Shown one piece after another: positions 1 through 11,986 of a stretch of DNA of 64,000 bases. The translations under genes were made by a program, and so were the position numbers. The DNA is taken from the NCBI GenBank assembly GCA_965112735.1, contig OZ218964.1, positions 620,001 through 684,000 of the forward strand. The letters run 5' to 3'. Each line of letters starts with the position of its first letter. The stretch's first letter is position 1. A model generated the notes under the pieces. The model saw only the letters and a list, made by a program, of their open reading frames with translations, did no database searches and had not been told where the DNA came from. This stretch comes from Phaeosaccion multiseriatum (lineage: Eukaryota > Protista > Ochrophyta, other classes).

Positions 1-320
1 AGGGGGCCGCTCTGGAGCTGGAAGCCTTGCCCTTGCCTGCTGAGAAGGGAAGCAGCATCACGTCGGCCCAGCCTGCAGAGGCCATGAGGGGAGCGGTCGA
101 TGGAGGACAGCAATAGAACTCTATGAGCGCTCAAACAGAGGGAGGACGAAGCTGGAGGCTTCTTTCTCTCTTTCCTTCTACCTGACAGCTGCATGGAAGC
201 TCCGATGAAGAGCGCATTGTTCCTGCCTGTGCTGGTGACGCAGCTCTTTTGGCTGTATACCACCACCACTCTCGGCTTGCGCCTAGTCGACACTGGTGGA
301 GGCGGCACTGCCGGAGGCAT
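1..320 (-). CDS. Hypothetical protein, 5' part (runs off the window start)
   Basis: ATG at 320 (MPPAVPPPPVSTRRKPR...), GT-AG intron ~181-121, frame open to position 1; polypyrimidine tract upstream. No recognisable domain. Confidence 0.3.
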   Translation of the reverse strand, partial: MPPAVPPPPVSTRRKPRVVVVYSQKSCVTSTGRNNALFIGASMQLSGRRKERKKPPASSSLCLSAHRVLLLSSIDRSPHGLCRLGRRDAASLLSRQGQGFQLQSGP

Positions 321-670
321 TGCCTCGACTCCCCCCTAGATCCACCCTTTCGCAGTGCTTTGTAGGGGGGATAGGGGGGAGATGAGGGAAAGGGATAGAG
401 AAGCAGGCAAAGATCAAGAGAGATCGGAGAAGCGAGGATACAGAAGGGAGGAAGAGAAGAGAGGGAGAGAGAGGAGGAAGGGAGGAGAGAGACGGGGAGA
501 GAGAGAGCGAGGTGGATTACACGACCGCCGCCTCGCGTCCGTCGCTCGCTCTCGCCGCCTCGCTCGCGGGAAAACTTTATTGCGGGAAGGCAAGCGGTTA
601 AGTCCTTACAGCTGGCGCTGGATCACAACTGCTGTACCAAATTGCGTACACGTACAACGATAAATACGAA

Positions 671-2586
671 ATGTCCTTCTTTGGGTTGGCCCGAGGTGCT
701 CGAACTCCAGCTGGGAGCCCCTTTCGGGGCGTGTCCTCGAGTCCGAATGCTATCGACTTGAGAGGCAGATGGGTAGGCGGGAGGCGGCGCATGGTCAGCA
801 GCAGTAGAAAGAGGAGGCTGCCCGCCAGTGACGCCGCCACTCAAACCACCAATAGCAGCAGAAGCAGGAGCAGCAGCGGCATGTGGAGAGGGTTTCGAAG
901 GCACCGTACTCTTTTGGGCTCCTCGGCCGCCCTTGCGTTGACGGGAGCAGCCATCGTCTGGCTGAGAGAGACGCACATATTGCCAAAGGAGTTTTATGAC
1001 AGGAACGACATGGGGGTTGACTGGGACGAGGTTTACCACTTGGGCAAGTTGTCGAACATGACAAGCAGCCCTAGGGAGGAGGTTGAAGGTTGGCTCTATC
1101 TTCACGGGTACCGCGGAAAAGTCACTCAAAGAGAGCTGCAGCTGCACAAGGTTAAGTACTTCATCTTTAAAGGCAGCGATCGTGAAGGTATGAAACTGTG
1201 GAAGTCAGCGCACACCCCAGCCCAGCCTCCCCCATGGCCTCAATCCCCCGTGCTCCCCTCGTTGCCTCACCCCCAACACCCCAGGCAAGCCGCTACAGCT
1301 CCTCCTAGTGCGGGGCACGGTGAACTTCTCCAACCTCAAGTCCTGCACAAAGGCCCTCAAGGCGTGGGATGAGCAGACGGGGTGCAATCTGCACGCGGGC
1401 TTCAAAGGCGTTGCCGATGCGCTTGTCGCCGATGCGCTGCCCCTGCTGGACCGAGAGCTCCCTTTGAAGCTGGCGGGCCACAGCAGTGGCGGCGGCGTGT
1501 GCATTATCGTGGGAATGAAGCTCGCCACACTGGACTACAAGGTGGCCAGGGTAATGACCTTCGGCTCCCCCAAAGTGACAGATCAGATGGGTGCCAAGCG
1601 ATGGGGGGGGGCTCACGACAGCAGGGACGGGGTCAGCAGCACAGAAGCGGGAGAAGAGCTGGACAGCTGCGGGGGGGCAGCCGGAGACAGAGGCGACGCG
1701 TCTAATGCTTCCGCGGGTTTGCAGCTGCCCGTCATCCGAGTGACGCACGAAAATGACGTCATCCCGCTGTTGCCAAGCGCTGCTTCCACCACTTCCAAGG
1801 CCCCTGCAGTGGAGGGCACCTCCGGCCCTACGATAGAGCCCTCCCTCCCGAGGCCGAGAGGGGGGCGCTTCAGCCACTTCGGCCATCAAGTGGTGCTCCT
1901 CAATGGCAAGGTACAGTGAGACAATCGGCCCATCGAGCTCGGCTCCTCCAGCAGGCTGCTGCTGCTGCTGCTGCTGTCAGCTCGTCTCTGCTCTGAATGG
2001 TGTTGTGCGTAGACCGAATGTGGAGCCCCTTTTAGGCCCTCGAAGCACTTTGGCCAATTGGTCGCTCAGGCCCGTCTCGTCTCCCTTATTCGGCCCCTCC
2101 GGTCTCTCCTCTCCTCGTGTCCTTGTCAGGTCTGTATGGAGTGCCGAAGAGAGCAGCACGAGGAGCAGCGCCGAAGTGGCGGCGAGGGGGAAGCCACCGG
2201 CAACACCACATGTGACCACCCCAAAGCTGAGGCCAACACGTACTACCACCCCCACGGAAAGGTATGAGAGACTTTGAATAGTGTTTGCGGTCTTCCCACG
2301 CCATTTGCGAATTGGTGGGCGGCATGAGATTGACCGCTGATATGCCGTCACCCGTCTACTACCATACCCTCCACAGGGTGAACACAGTCACTTCGACATG
2401 TGGCTCATGCGCTTTTCCTTGCGAAACTTCAAGCACCGCATGCACCACTACGAGCACGAGATTGAGAAGCGAGCAGTGGGTCTGTTGGGAAGGGGCATCA
2501 TGCAGAGGGAGAGCGAGCAGAGCGAGGCCAAGCCCGCTCCTGCAGGGGCTGGGGGGGCTGGCGAGGAGGTGGAGGAGCAGGACTGA
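671..2586 (+). CDS. Lipase class 3 family protein (about 4 exons)
   Basis: Exons ~671-1150, ~1285-1910, ~2130-2260, ~2377-2586. Motifs: HAGF, nucleophile elbow AGHSSGG, TFGSPKV, RVTHENDVIPLLP (Asp), FSHFGHQV, C-terminal KHRMHHY (His). Confidence 0.8.
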
Positions 2587-3049
2587 GGCCCGTTCCGTTT
2601 GTCACGTAATGGCGAGAGCGCGTTGCCGCTGCGGTTGGCCGGAGCTCTCCTCATCGAAGTGCAGTGCAGCATACACCAGTGTCTGCTGGGAGTAGCTACC
2701 GGGAGTAGCTACCGAAGGCGAAGGGAAAGCTCAGAACCAACAGGGTTGTGAACCCAAAGAACGGGGTCAAATGGGTCCCCCCTGGTTTAAAAAATCAAAA
2801 TACAGGTCCTATGTACACGTCAGCGGCGCTCCTCCCTCTTGCGGGGCTGCTGGGTACCCTCCTCTTCGCCTCAACTCTCAAAACCAACAAGCTGTCACTC
2901 GAAGTTGTGCATGTGCCAGGTCAATCCGTGAAGAACGGTCCAAGAACGTTCTCTTCCGTCGAGCTCTGCAGTATATTTGTGTACATGGTGAGGCACTGGC
3001 CCTTCCCCTCACTGCCTTCTCCGAGGGGAACATGTCATCCACTGCCTTA

Positions 3050-5737
3050 TCAGAAGGTTGGGGACGGGCCCACTCCACCCAGGTTGGGCCCTGCGGTGAG
3101 CACCACTCTTGGTGCTGCTGAAGCGCCCCCCTCCCCCTCCACCCCGCCCTCCTCGACGCTGAGGAAGCACTCGTCAAGCTCCACTTCGATGCCGCACAGC
3201 TTCAGCACGAAGCGATTGAAATAGGCCGGGTTGTCCATGAAAAGCTTTGGAGGGAGGGAGGGAAGGAGGGAGGGAGGGAGGGAGGGAGGGAGACAAGACA
3301 CAAGAGACACAACGAGTGGTGAGACGCAGAGGTAGAAGAGAGAGGGAGAGAGCATGTCGATGTCGAGGGAGACGCAGGTGCGAGGCCATAGGCCCAGGCC
3401 CCTCTGCCCCTTATTCACGCCCTGCTCCTCATGTACCGAGGGGTTACAGAAATAGGCTGAAGCTGCGACAGGAGAGCGAGAGCCCTCCTCTCACCTGGTG
3501 TCCGGCGGCGGGCACTCGATGCACATCGATGGTTTGCCCCGGCCCCGGCTGTGGCAAGAGACACAGGCGACAAGCGGACAACATGTGAGACTCACAACCC
3601 GCGACAAGAGAGACATCCAATCAGGTCCGGCAGAGCAGCACCGCAGTAGAGTCAGCCAATCAGGTCCGGCAGAGCAGCCGAGCGAGTGCGAACCCCCTCC
3701 CCCACAGATGAGCCAAGCCAATTTGCTTGCCTTAAGCTTCTCGGCGTGCCTTGAATCCATCCAGTCCGAGTCTCCGTACACCATGGTAACAGGGACGAGG
3801 GGATCGAGTTTTGGAATCCTATGGCAAAGGGGCTCCTTCGCAAAGGCCATGGGATAAAGGATCTCACCCAGGGCTCTTTCTCCACTGGGCGGTGCCGCGG
3901 TGTTGTGTAACATATAGTCACCAAAGGTGGCCCTATCAATGTGCGGCTGGAAGCGTTTCTGCGAATAATTCCGGACTGCCCTCGCTCCAAGAGGCCCCAT
4001 CCACCGAACCAGATCGCCTATAAAAAGGTGGTGACAAAAGGGGTTAGGAAAGGTGGTACACGAGGTGTCAGGGAACCGTGACAGTGAAGCTAACAATGAC
4101 ATGACAGTGCGATAGGGTAGGGCACCTGGCGTGTAACCTCTCTCCCACAGGGACTGTGCCGTCTTGAAGAGAGTCTTCCTGACGAGGGGCATTTCTTTGA
4201 CGAAGTCCGAGTGCCCTACGGGAGGCCAGAGGCGACAGGGCAGAGGGTAGAGGAGAGCCAACGGAGAGGGGAAGGGGCCCAGTCAGTCAGAGCTCCAGGG
4301 CCACGGAGGAGCCATGCAGTATGCAGTACAGCGACAGACGAGAGGGGCATGGGAACCCCTCTCCTCCTCTCTGCCCATAGGCCTCTCTCTACCTCTCTTG
4401 CTCACCTTCGGGCCTCTCAGGGACGCCCACGGGGGAGGCGAGGATGAGCTTATGGACGCGGTGGGGGTACGCTTCTGCGTAGGCTACTGAAAGATAGCCC
4501 CCGAGCGAATGCCCGCACAGAATCTAAGGGGAGGAGAGGGAGAGTATTGGAAGGAGCTTCCTTTGAGCAACTGACGTGCTCTCTTTTGTGCCCATCACAG
4601 ACACACAACACGTACCATCTTGTCCAGCTTGTTGACCTCTCGCCACCTTCGACACAGAGACAAAAGACAGAGAGAGAGAGAGAGACAGACAGACAGAGAG
4701 ACACACAGGGGCAGGGACATACGCGGCCATAGGCAAAGCGGTGTCAAGTAAGGAAGGCAGGGGCTATTCATTCACAGATAGCGGGGGCTGCTTGGCGCAT
4801 TTCACTTCAGTCGAGTCAATTCGGCGCACCCTGACACCGCTTTCGCTTACAGGAGACTGTACAAGGTATAAGGGAGGGAGAGAGGGTGCCTACCTACCTC
4901 TCTAGGGACTCCACGAAAAAACGCTCCGTCTCTCTGACGCCTTTTGGAGTAAAAGGCGTAGGCCTGGAGCTAAGACCGTACCCAAGCCAATCCGTTGCAA
5001 AGCAGTGGATGTGCCTAGAGAACACTGGCAGCTGGAGGTGGTAGGCGCATAATCCCATTCCATACCCTAATGGGAAAGGAGGGGAGGAGAGGCAGACCAC
5101 AACAGGAGGAGGAGGAGGAGGAGGAGGAGGAGGAGGAGGAGGAGGAGGAGGAGGAGTCAATGACTTCGGGTGTCAGGATCCCAAAAATGGGTGTCAGGAC
5201 GGTGATTTCAAGGCTCTCACGTAGAAGAAGAATGAGGCATAGACCCGTCAGCCCGGTCAGTAGGCTGGCTAGTGGGTCTTGACATACAGTTCAGCTTAGT
5301 TGTCAGTCTCAAGTTGGAGCTTCCTACGAACCATGAGTCAGAACCAGGGGCGGCTGTTGGGGAGTCCCCTGCGCCTTGCTTCCCGCCTCGACTGTGTGAA
5401 TGTGAAGGCCATCGCCGACATCAGTATTATAGACCTTCATGTTTTGGATGTTGGACTGTGCAAGGCAGGGGGGGCGAGAGTCGAGACATAGTTCAGACGG
5501 GCCCATTTTGCGGCTGTTAGAGCGCAGCTCCCTGCTGTTAGCTCTATCACTAGTGCAAGGATGAATTCAGAGAGCTCGCAGGTGCCTTCGGTAGAGTGTG
5601 TTGGAGGAGTGTGCGAGCTCTCTCAAGCAACCTTTCAGAGGGGGGGGTGATGACACCCAGCCGAGCTCTTTCGACTCACTCACCAGTAGCTTCGTTTCGG
5701 CCTGCTCCAGCTGGCGTAGAGAGCTCGCAGTCCACAT
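3050..5737 (-). CDS. Alpha/beta hydrolase, ABHD4/ABHD5/Cld1-Ict1-like lipid hydrolase/acyltransferase (multi-exon)
   Basis: Spliced motifs: PLVLTHG|[71 protein letters not shown]|LFMDNP (HX4D). Confidence 0.88.
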
Positions 5738-5912
5738 CGTGAACACTGCATAGGAAATATGGGCAAGCAAGCAGCGAGAGGCGACGGAGAGAGCGAGAGA
5801 CAGAGGAGATGGAGAGAGAGACGAGAGCGAGAGGGAGAGGGATAAGAACGCAGACAGACAGAGAGAGAAGAGTAAAATGAATCATAGGGGAAGATAGGCA
5901 GATAGGGGGGGT

Positions 5913-5948
<36 letters not shown>

Positions 5949-6299
5949 AGGAGAGAGCGAGAGGCGAGGCAGAGAATGAAGGAGAAAGAGGGAGAGTACG
6001 TCAGAAGGCCGTTCTCTCTTCCTTCCTTCTCCACAGAGAGCGTGTCACTTACTGCGTGCGAGCCTGATCATACAGCGAAGGCGAGTATGCTTGTACACCA
6101 GAAGCCAGAGAAATAGAAGGAGGGGGCGTTTAGCGGGAGGAAGAAGGGGGGATGAAAGTTGGAAAGTTGGAAGGTCTCCCAGTTTGCGTTTCAGCTTTCG
6201 GTTCTACCTGTGACATAAATTTTTTTGATTTGGAGTGGGGCCTGCCGTTTGATATCATCCTCTTCCCCCCTTCTCCTTGTTTGCAGGGCCTGGCTAAGC

Positions 6300-8653
6300 A
6301 TGGACCATGGGAGGGGGAGTAGGGAGATCACGGTGGACGATCTGGAGGAAGCTAGACAAGGAGGAGGAAGGCAGGAGACTACGAAGAAGCGCCTTCGACG
6401 GGGCAGTCAAGATTTGGCTTTTTTTGAGAAGGAGAGGGCCCGCAGAACAGAGGTGGGGCGATGTTATGGAGCGGGGCTGAAGATTCACACTACGGACCTT
6501 GCGCTGGTCGGCGCGACCACTCTTGCTCGGATTCCCTGGGTTCTTTGGCGCAGTTGGAGCCTCATTGTGGTAGCTGGATTCCTGACCTACGCTCTGTGGA
6601 AGTTCAGCGACCCGTACTACTGGTTCTTTGTCGACTTCATGCACTGGACGCTCATCGTGCAGGTAGGAGGAGGGGAATGGAAGGATTGAAGAAGACCCAA
6701 ACCGCCTTTTTCACAAGTCTCAACACCGTGCTCTCGCTCTGTTGCCCTATTCCCCGTCCTCTCTGCCGCGTCGCAGTTCGTGTCACTCTGTCTGTCGTTC
6801 TACGTGGTGTTGAAGCACCGCGAGTGGAAGAAGATGACGGCCATTGGCCTGCTCCGCGCGCTGCCCTCGACAGGGTCCATGGGGGAAGGGGGCAGCGTCC
6901 GGGGCAGCATCCGAGGCAGCGTCCGCAGGGGGAGCCACCACGAGAACGATGGGGAGCCCTCCTGGGAGGACACCATTGAAGACGAGCTTGAGGGCGTGGG
7001 CGCGCGCGACTCAGACGATAGTGAGGACGAGAACCTGACCTCCATCCGCCTGGAGCGCACTCGGCGACAGGCCAACGTGAGTTGTGTGTGCTGTCATAAG
7101 AATGGAGAACCGTCTGTCTGACTATCGTACTCTTTTTCTGATTGATGTGTTGTGTTGCCCTCAACTGCCTTAGGTGCCCATCCCGCGGGCCGTGGCTGTG
7201 AACTGGTTCTTCATGAACATGTCGTGGGTGGCCACCTTCCTGGCCACTGCGCTGTTCTGGGTGGGGCGCTACGACAAGGGAAGGCACCTGGAGAAGATCG
7301 ACTACATGGTGCGTGGACAGTGGGGAGGGGAGGGGAAGCTAGGGGAGTAGAGACGTCAGAGAGGGGAGAGGGAGGGGAGGGCGAGGATCCATTTGCGGCC
7401 TCGGGGACGAAGGACAAGTCGGTCTCATCGCCTCTCCACATGTACGTTGATTGCCATCCATTGCCACCCATCAGGTGTTTGGGGCCAACCTGGGCGTGAC
7501 TCTGGTGGACAGCTTCTTCACTGCCCACCCGTTCTACATCCGACACATGTGGATCGGCATGCTGTACGCTGCCTCCTTCGTGGTCCTCTCGCTGGTCCTG
7601 TACGCCGCGGACGTGGAAAGGGTGAGTTTGCGCTCGCGGGACAGGAGGAGCTCTTGTTTTGTGCGGGCCAGATCGTCAGAGGGAGGGCATTGGCAATGAG
7701 TCAGGTTCTGTTGTCTATGAACCGCGTCTGTGAGCTGTCGCGGAGCGTGGTGCTCGGAGGGTAGTGGCGTGCTCACCCGTTACCCCACCCCCCCCCCCAC
7801 CGCCCCGTGCTAAGCCTGACTGACCCTGTCCCGTCATAACGGTTCCGCCCCGCAGCCGACCACAAAATTCACAATGCGCTACTCGGAGCTTGATTGGGGA
7901 TCGGAGCTGGGGGACACAGCCGTCCTTTGCGTACTGGTCATCTTCGTGGGCATCCCCGCCATTCAGATCGTGCTCAAAGGGTGGTGGGGCCTCGGCAACA
8001 AGTAAGTGCTCGCACCGTACACAGAGCAACGAACATGTCAGTGGGACGGGGGAGTGAACGAGAGAGAGAAAGGAGAGAGAACTCGCTCCGATGCTGTGAA
8101 GGCGTGTGAGCTGAGCTGCCCTGTCCAGGGGCCCGCGCTTTGGCTGAGATGACACGCCGCACCTGCCTCCCCTCCTGACTTCCCAGCGACGCCCTCGGGG
8201 ACAACCCGAGGGGGGGGGGGCTAGAGTCAGTCAGTCAGTCAGTCAGTCAGTCAGTCAGTCAGTCGAGCTTCCGTTGACTCGAACGGATGGGCTGCCTCGT
8301 GCTGGTAGACTCCCTGGACGACGGGGTGATTGGCAGAGGGGGAAGGGTGGCTCCGTTCTCGACCCACCTGACGGAGCTTGCCCCTGCCCCGTACTCCCCC
8401 GCCTCTGCTACTTGACAGGCTTACAGACCGCGACCGGCTCCTCCGAGCGCCGCTGAGCAAGGGAGGTGAGTGCCGGAGCGGAACGAAAGGGGGGGGGGGG
8501 GGGGACTGCTTGCAGCGCCCGACACGGCTACCGCTGGCGACGCAGGATTGAAGACTCACGCCGTCTCCCTTACCTCCTACCTCCCTGCTTGGATGCTTGC
8601 CTTCAGCTTACATAACAGAGCAGCGCTGGACAGGGGGTGAGCTCCGCTTCTAG
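6300..8653 (+). CDS. Multi-pass membrane protein, rolling-stone/FAR-17a-like
   Basis: Several TM helices across exons (WFFVDFMHWTLIVQ, ATALFW, NLGVTLVDSFFTAHPFYIRH, RYSELDW). Last exons ~8419-8465 and ~8607-8653 inferred from GT-AG signals. Confidence 0.65.
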
Positions 8654-8722
8654 AGAGCTCCGCTTCTAGAGAGCTCCGCTTCTAGAGAGCTCCGCTTCTA
8701 GAGAGCTCCGCTTCTAGAGAGC
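8639..8722 (+). repeat. 16-bp tandem repeat GAGCTCCGCTTCTAGA x5 beginning over the stop codon
   Basis: Five exact copies. The first contains the inferred TAG at 8651-8653. Confidence 0.95.
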
Positions 8723-9198
8723 AGAATGGGCGGGAGAGCCGGGACGGGCCGAAGGGGGGGGGGCTGAAGCAGGCTGTACTTGCGAAACCGCCACCGCCTT
8801 GGGCCTGGGAGACGGAGAGGGGAGGGCAGTGGAGGACCGGCCGCGAGGAAGCAGGAGGAGGAGGGGGGTTTAAAAACGCGACCATTAAAGAAGAAGTTAA
8901 GAAGGGGCATTTTTTTGTCCGTAGGACACGCGAGGCCAGCAAAAGACGATCATTCGAATCGTCGCAGCCTGTATAATACACATAATAACACATTTCACAA
9001 CACGTGGTTGGTTGGCAGGAGCAGCCAGCGGGCATTTCACAACACGTGGTTGGTTGGCAGGAGCAGCCAGCAGCTCCCGCTGTGCACATGCTAAGAGATA
9101 GCCCTTTCTGCTCAGCAAATGCCGCTCTGTCTGGGACAGTCCTTGGGTCGGAGGCCCTTCCACCCGCCTGCTTGGGAAGCGGTTTGTGCGGCTCTCTC

Positions 9199-10022
9199 TC
9201 AGTCCTCCTTGCTCGGGGCTGGGGTGCTGCTGGGCGTAGCCTTGCCCTTGCCCGAGAGGAGATCACACACCCAACTCTCAAAGAAGAAAAGCACCAATCC
9301 AGCCGGGCCTAGCATGAGAGCAAAGAACTGTGATAAGAGAGTGAGAGTTTGGGGGGCGGAGGACATTCAGTTGCTCAGAAGAACGCGCCAGGGATTGCAA
9401 AGGCTTGACGTGGCTGCCTGCACCCCCTTTCCGCCTCTCTTACCATGCAAGGGACCATAAATATTCCGGAGAGGGCAGCGGCACCCCTGCTGTTGTTCTT
9501 ATTGATGATCCAGTTGGCCGTGAGAAGATCGAAGGCAACGTAGTGGATCCAAGCGGGCAACACCACCTTTTCGTTCCCCAATGCAGCCACAACGCCCTTG
9601 TAGGAGTTGAAGTCGAGGTTTGTTCCTGCCCCGCTCTCCCAATCATCGTGGAGCATCTTGAAGAAGAGCAGGGTATACATTACACTGAAGAACCCCACCG
9701 TGGCCAGCACCAATCGTTCCCGATGCTTCCACCTAAGATACATCGAAAGGGCAGGCAAGGGAATTCCACCACGTAGTTACTTGTGTTAGAAAGAGTGCAG
9801 CGCTGCGCGTGAACCCGTCCTTCCTTTCTCTCTCTTGCGTATCCCTGTCTCTACTGTCTTCTTTCCCTCCCTCTTTTTTCTCTCTCTCCTTCTTTTTGTT
9901 CTCTCTTTCTCGCCCTCCATCCCTTGCCTGGGAGCGAACGCATTACAGAGCCACGCAGGCAGGCAAAGAGCGACCAGCTCGAACAGCGCCTCGTCTGAGA
10001 AGGACAGGAGGGGAAGAGGCAT
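9199..10022 (-). CDS. ABA4-like family (DUF4281) membrane protein
   Basis: LPAWLCNAFAPR|WKH, AWIHYVAFDLL and FFALMLGPAGL signatures; 3 exons, first intron GC-AG (9927-9733). Confidence 0.85.
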
Positions 10023-10148
10023 TGCGATGGAAAGAGAAAAAAGAAGATCAGGCCTGCATGTTTTAGTGGCAGTTGGTGCTTCTCGAATCACAGATGGAAC
10101 CCCTCTTCCTTCTTCTTCCCCTCTCTTCCATCCCCCTCTGTGAAGACC

Positions 10149-11520
10149 ATGATGTGGCCAAATGTGGCGCTCTTACTCCTTGCGAGCTGCTCTGTGTCTC
10201 TCTCCTTCACCTCTCTCCCGCTACACGCCAAGCCCCTCGCCGTGACCTCCCAGAGACAGCGATGTAGGCAAGAGGGTAGGAAAGTAAGGGGCTCCCCCCC
10301 CCCCGGTCTCTGTGCTGCAGCTATGCAAGCACGAGCGAGAGGTAGCTCGAGATCTGTGCTGGGCCGATCGATGGCGACTGCAGAGGGGGGGGCAGAACCT
10401 CGTGTGTTTGACAGGGGAGCCGTGTCGAGGTGGGGGGCCGCCACACTTTTCCAGTGGGGGTGGATAATGGCCTGCTTACGCATGGCGGAGGTAGTAGTGC
10501 TGAAGAGAATTGACCCTCGAGCCTCAACAGCTCTGGTCTTCGGGGCCTTTGGCTTTCTCAGTCTTCGCTCAAGGTGAGGACTGTGCACCTGCTGGCTTGC
10601 TCATTGCTCCTTTTCCTTGTCGTCCTTCCGGGAATGAGGGACCGCGCTTGGCCAAGGCGAAAGCCCAATAACGTGATGAGAGGTGATCGGCTGGACAAGG
10701 GGGGGAAGAGGTGGGGGTGAGGAAGTACCGCGTGACTGTTGTGCGCATGAGGCAAGAAGGCCCACCGCCTTCCTCGACTCCCCCCCCCCTGCCGCTCTCC
10801 TCAGAATTTTCTCCCAACTGGACAACCGGCGCCCCACTCCTGGTGGCGAGGACAAGGCCAAGGCTGAGCTCAAGAGGCCGAAGTGGATGCCTCCCGGCTA
10901 TGTGTTCCCCATCGTGTGGAGCACTATCGGCATCCTCAGAGCTGTCTCGAGCACCTTGGTACGGTGGCAAGTGACGGAACAAAAACAGTGAAGACTCGCT
11001 CTTTTTAACGCCCAAGCCTTGTGTGTGCTCCTCTCTTCCCCCCAGGCCTGGCGGGCCACTGGGCAGCTGTTCCTCGGCCCCTCTTCGATGTTCGTTGGCC
11101 ACCTTTGCATCGGCGATACTTGGAACACAATCAACAACGTAGAGAAGAAGAGGGGATGTGCCGTGACCGGTGTGCTGTTTGTCTGGGCATCCGCACTGGC
11201 GACTACCCTGTACTACTACAAGGTGAGGGGCGAGGCCCTTGACGCACGCAACAACAGCTCCGATGGTGAACTGCAAACCTACCGCTCCTCTGCCTCCTCC
11301 TGCTGCTCCTTTGACTTGGCCCGCCTGTTCCCCCTGCCCCCTCTCCCCTTCCCCTCAGGTTGATCCGTTAGCGGGCATGGTCTTGGCCCCCTCTGTCGTG
11401 TGGCTCACGGTGGCCTCATGCCTCGTGACAAGCATTTGGAAACTCAACGGGAAGGAGCCCCTCTACCCCGTCAAGGCCACGCTGCCCCCAGCCGCAACAG
11501 CATCTGCTGCCTCTGACTGA
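10149..11520 (+). CDS. TspO/MBR family protein, probably plastid-targeted
   Basis: LKRPKWMPPGYVFPIVWSTI, GDTWNTINNVEK, VDPLAGMVLAPSVVWLTVASCL. N-terminal signal peptide ending SLS-F followed by a transit-like segment. Confidence 0.88.
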
Positions 11521-11986
11521 GATCGGATATACTGAGCTGAGGCGTTGTCGGTCAGTGGGACAGTGAGTAGATGAGTACGCAAGGGCGAACAAGTACCTTC
11601 GCTGAGCACCAGGGAAGGAGAGGTAGAGAGTAGGCCACTGTTCTGCTCTGTGCAGAAATCAAGTGCCCCTGCCTCCGCAGCGAAGGGTCTTTCGTCTTTC
11701 GTGGGAATTCCGCTCGTGTGAGTAGAGCCGAGTAGAAGCATACGGGCCACTTCACTCACTCACTCACTCACTCCCACACCCACCTCTATCGACCGCCGTC
11801 GTCGTGCGGTTCCCTGTATGTACGCCCCTCCCTCTCCTTCTGTCTCTCGTACACGTACACAGTAAATGACTTGTCATTTTTTTCTCCCTTGTACACCAGT
11901 GGTGGTACTATGACTACCTCAGATCGATGCACTCCTACTCCGAGTAGCTACAACTCGCTCTGCTCCGCTCAGGACCACGGTTCCTA

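Noticed and set aside
4018-4125. Stop-free 3n introns (also 57589-57843) as regulated retention
   Set aside because: Expected fairly often by chance in short GC-rich introns; only the bZIP case has a specific functional rationale.
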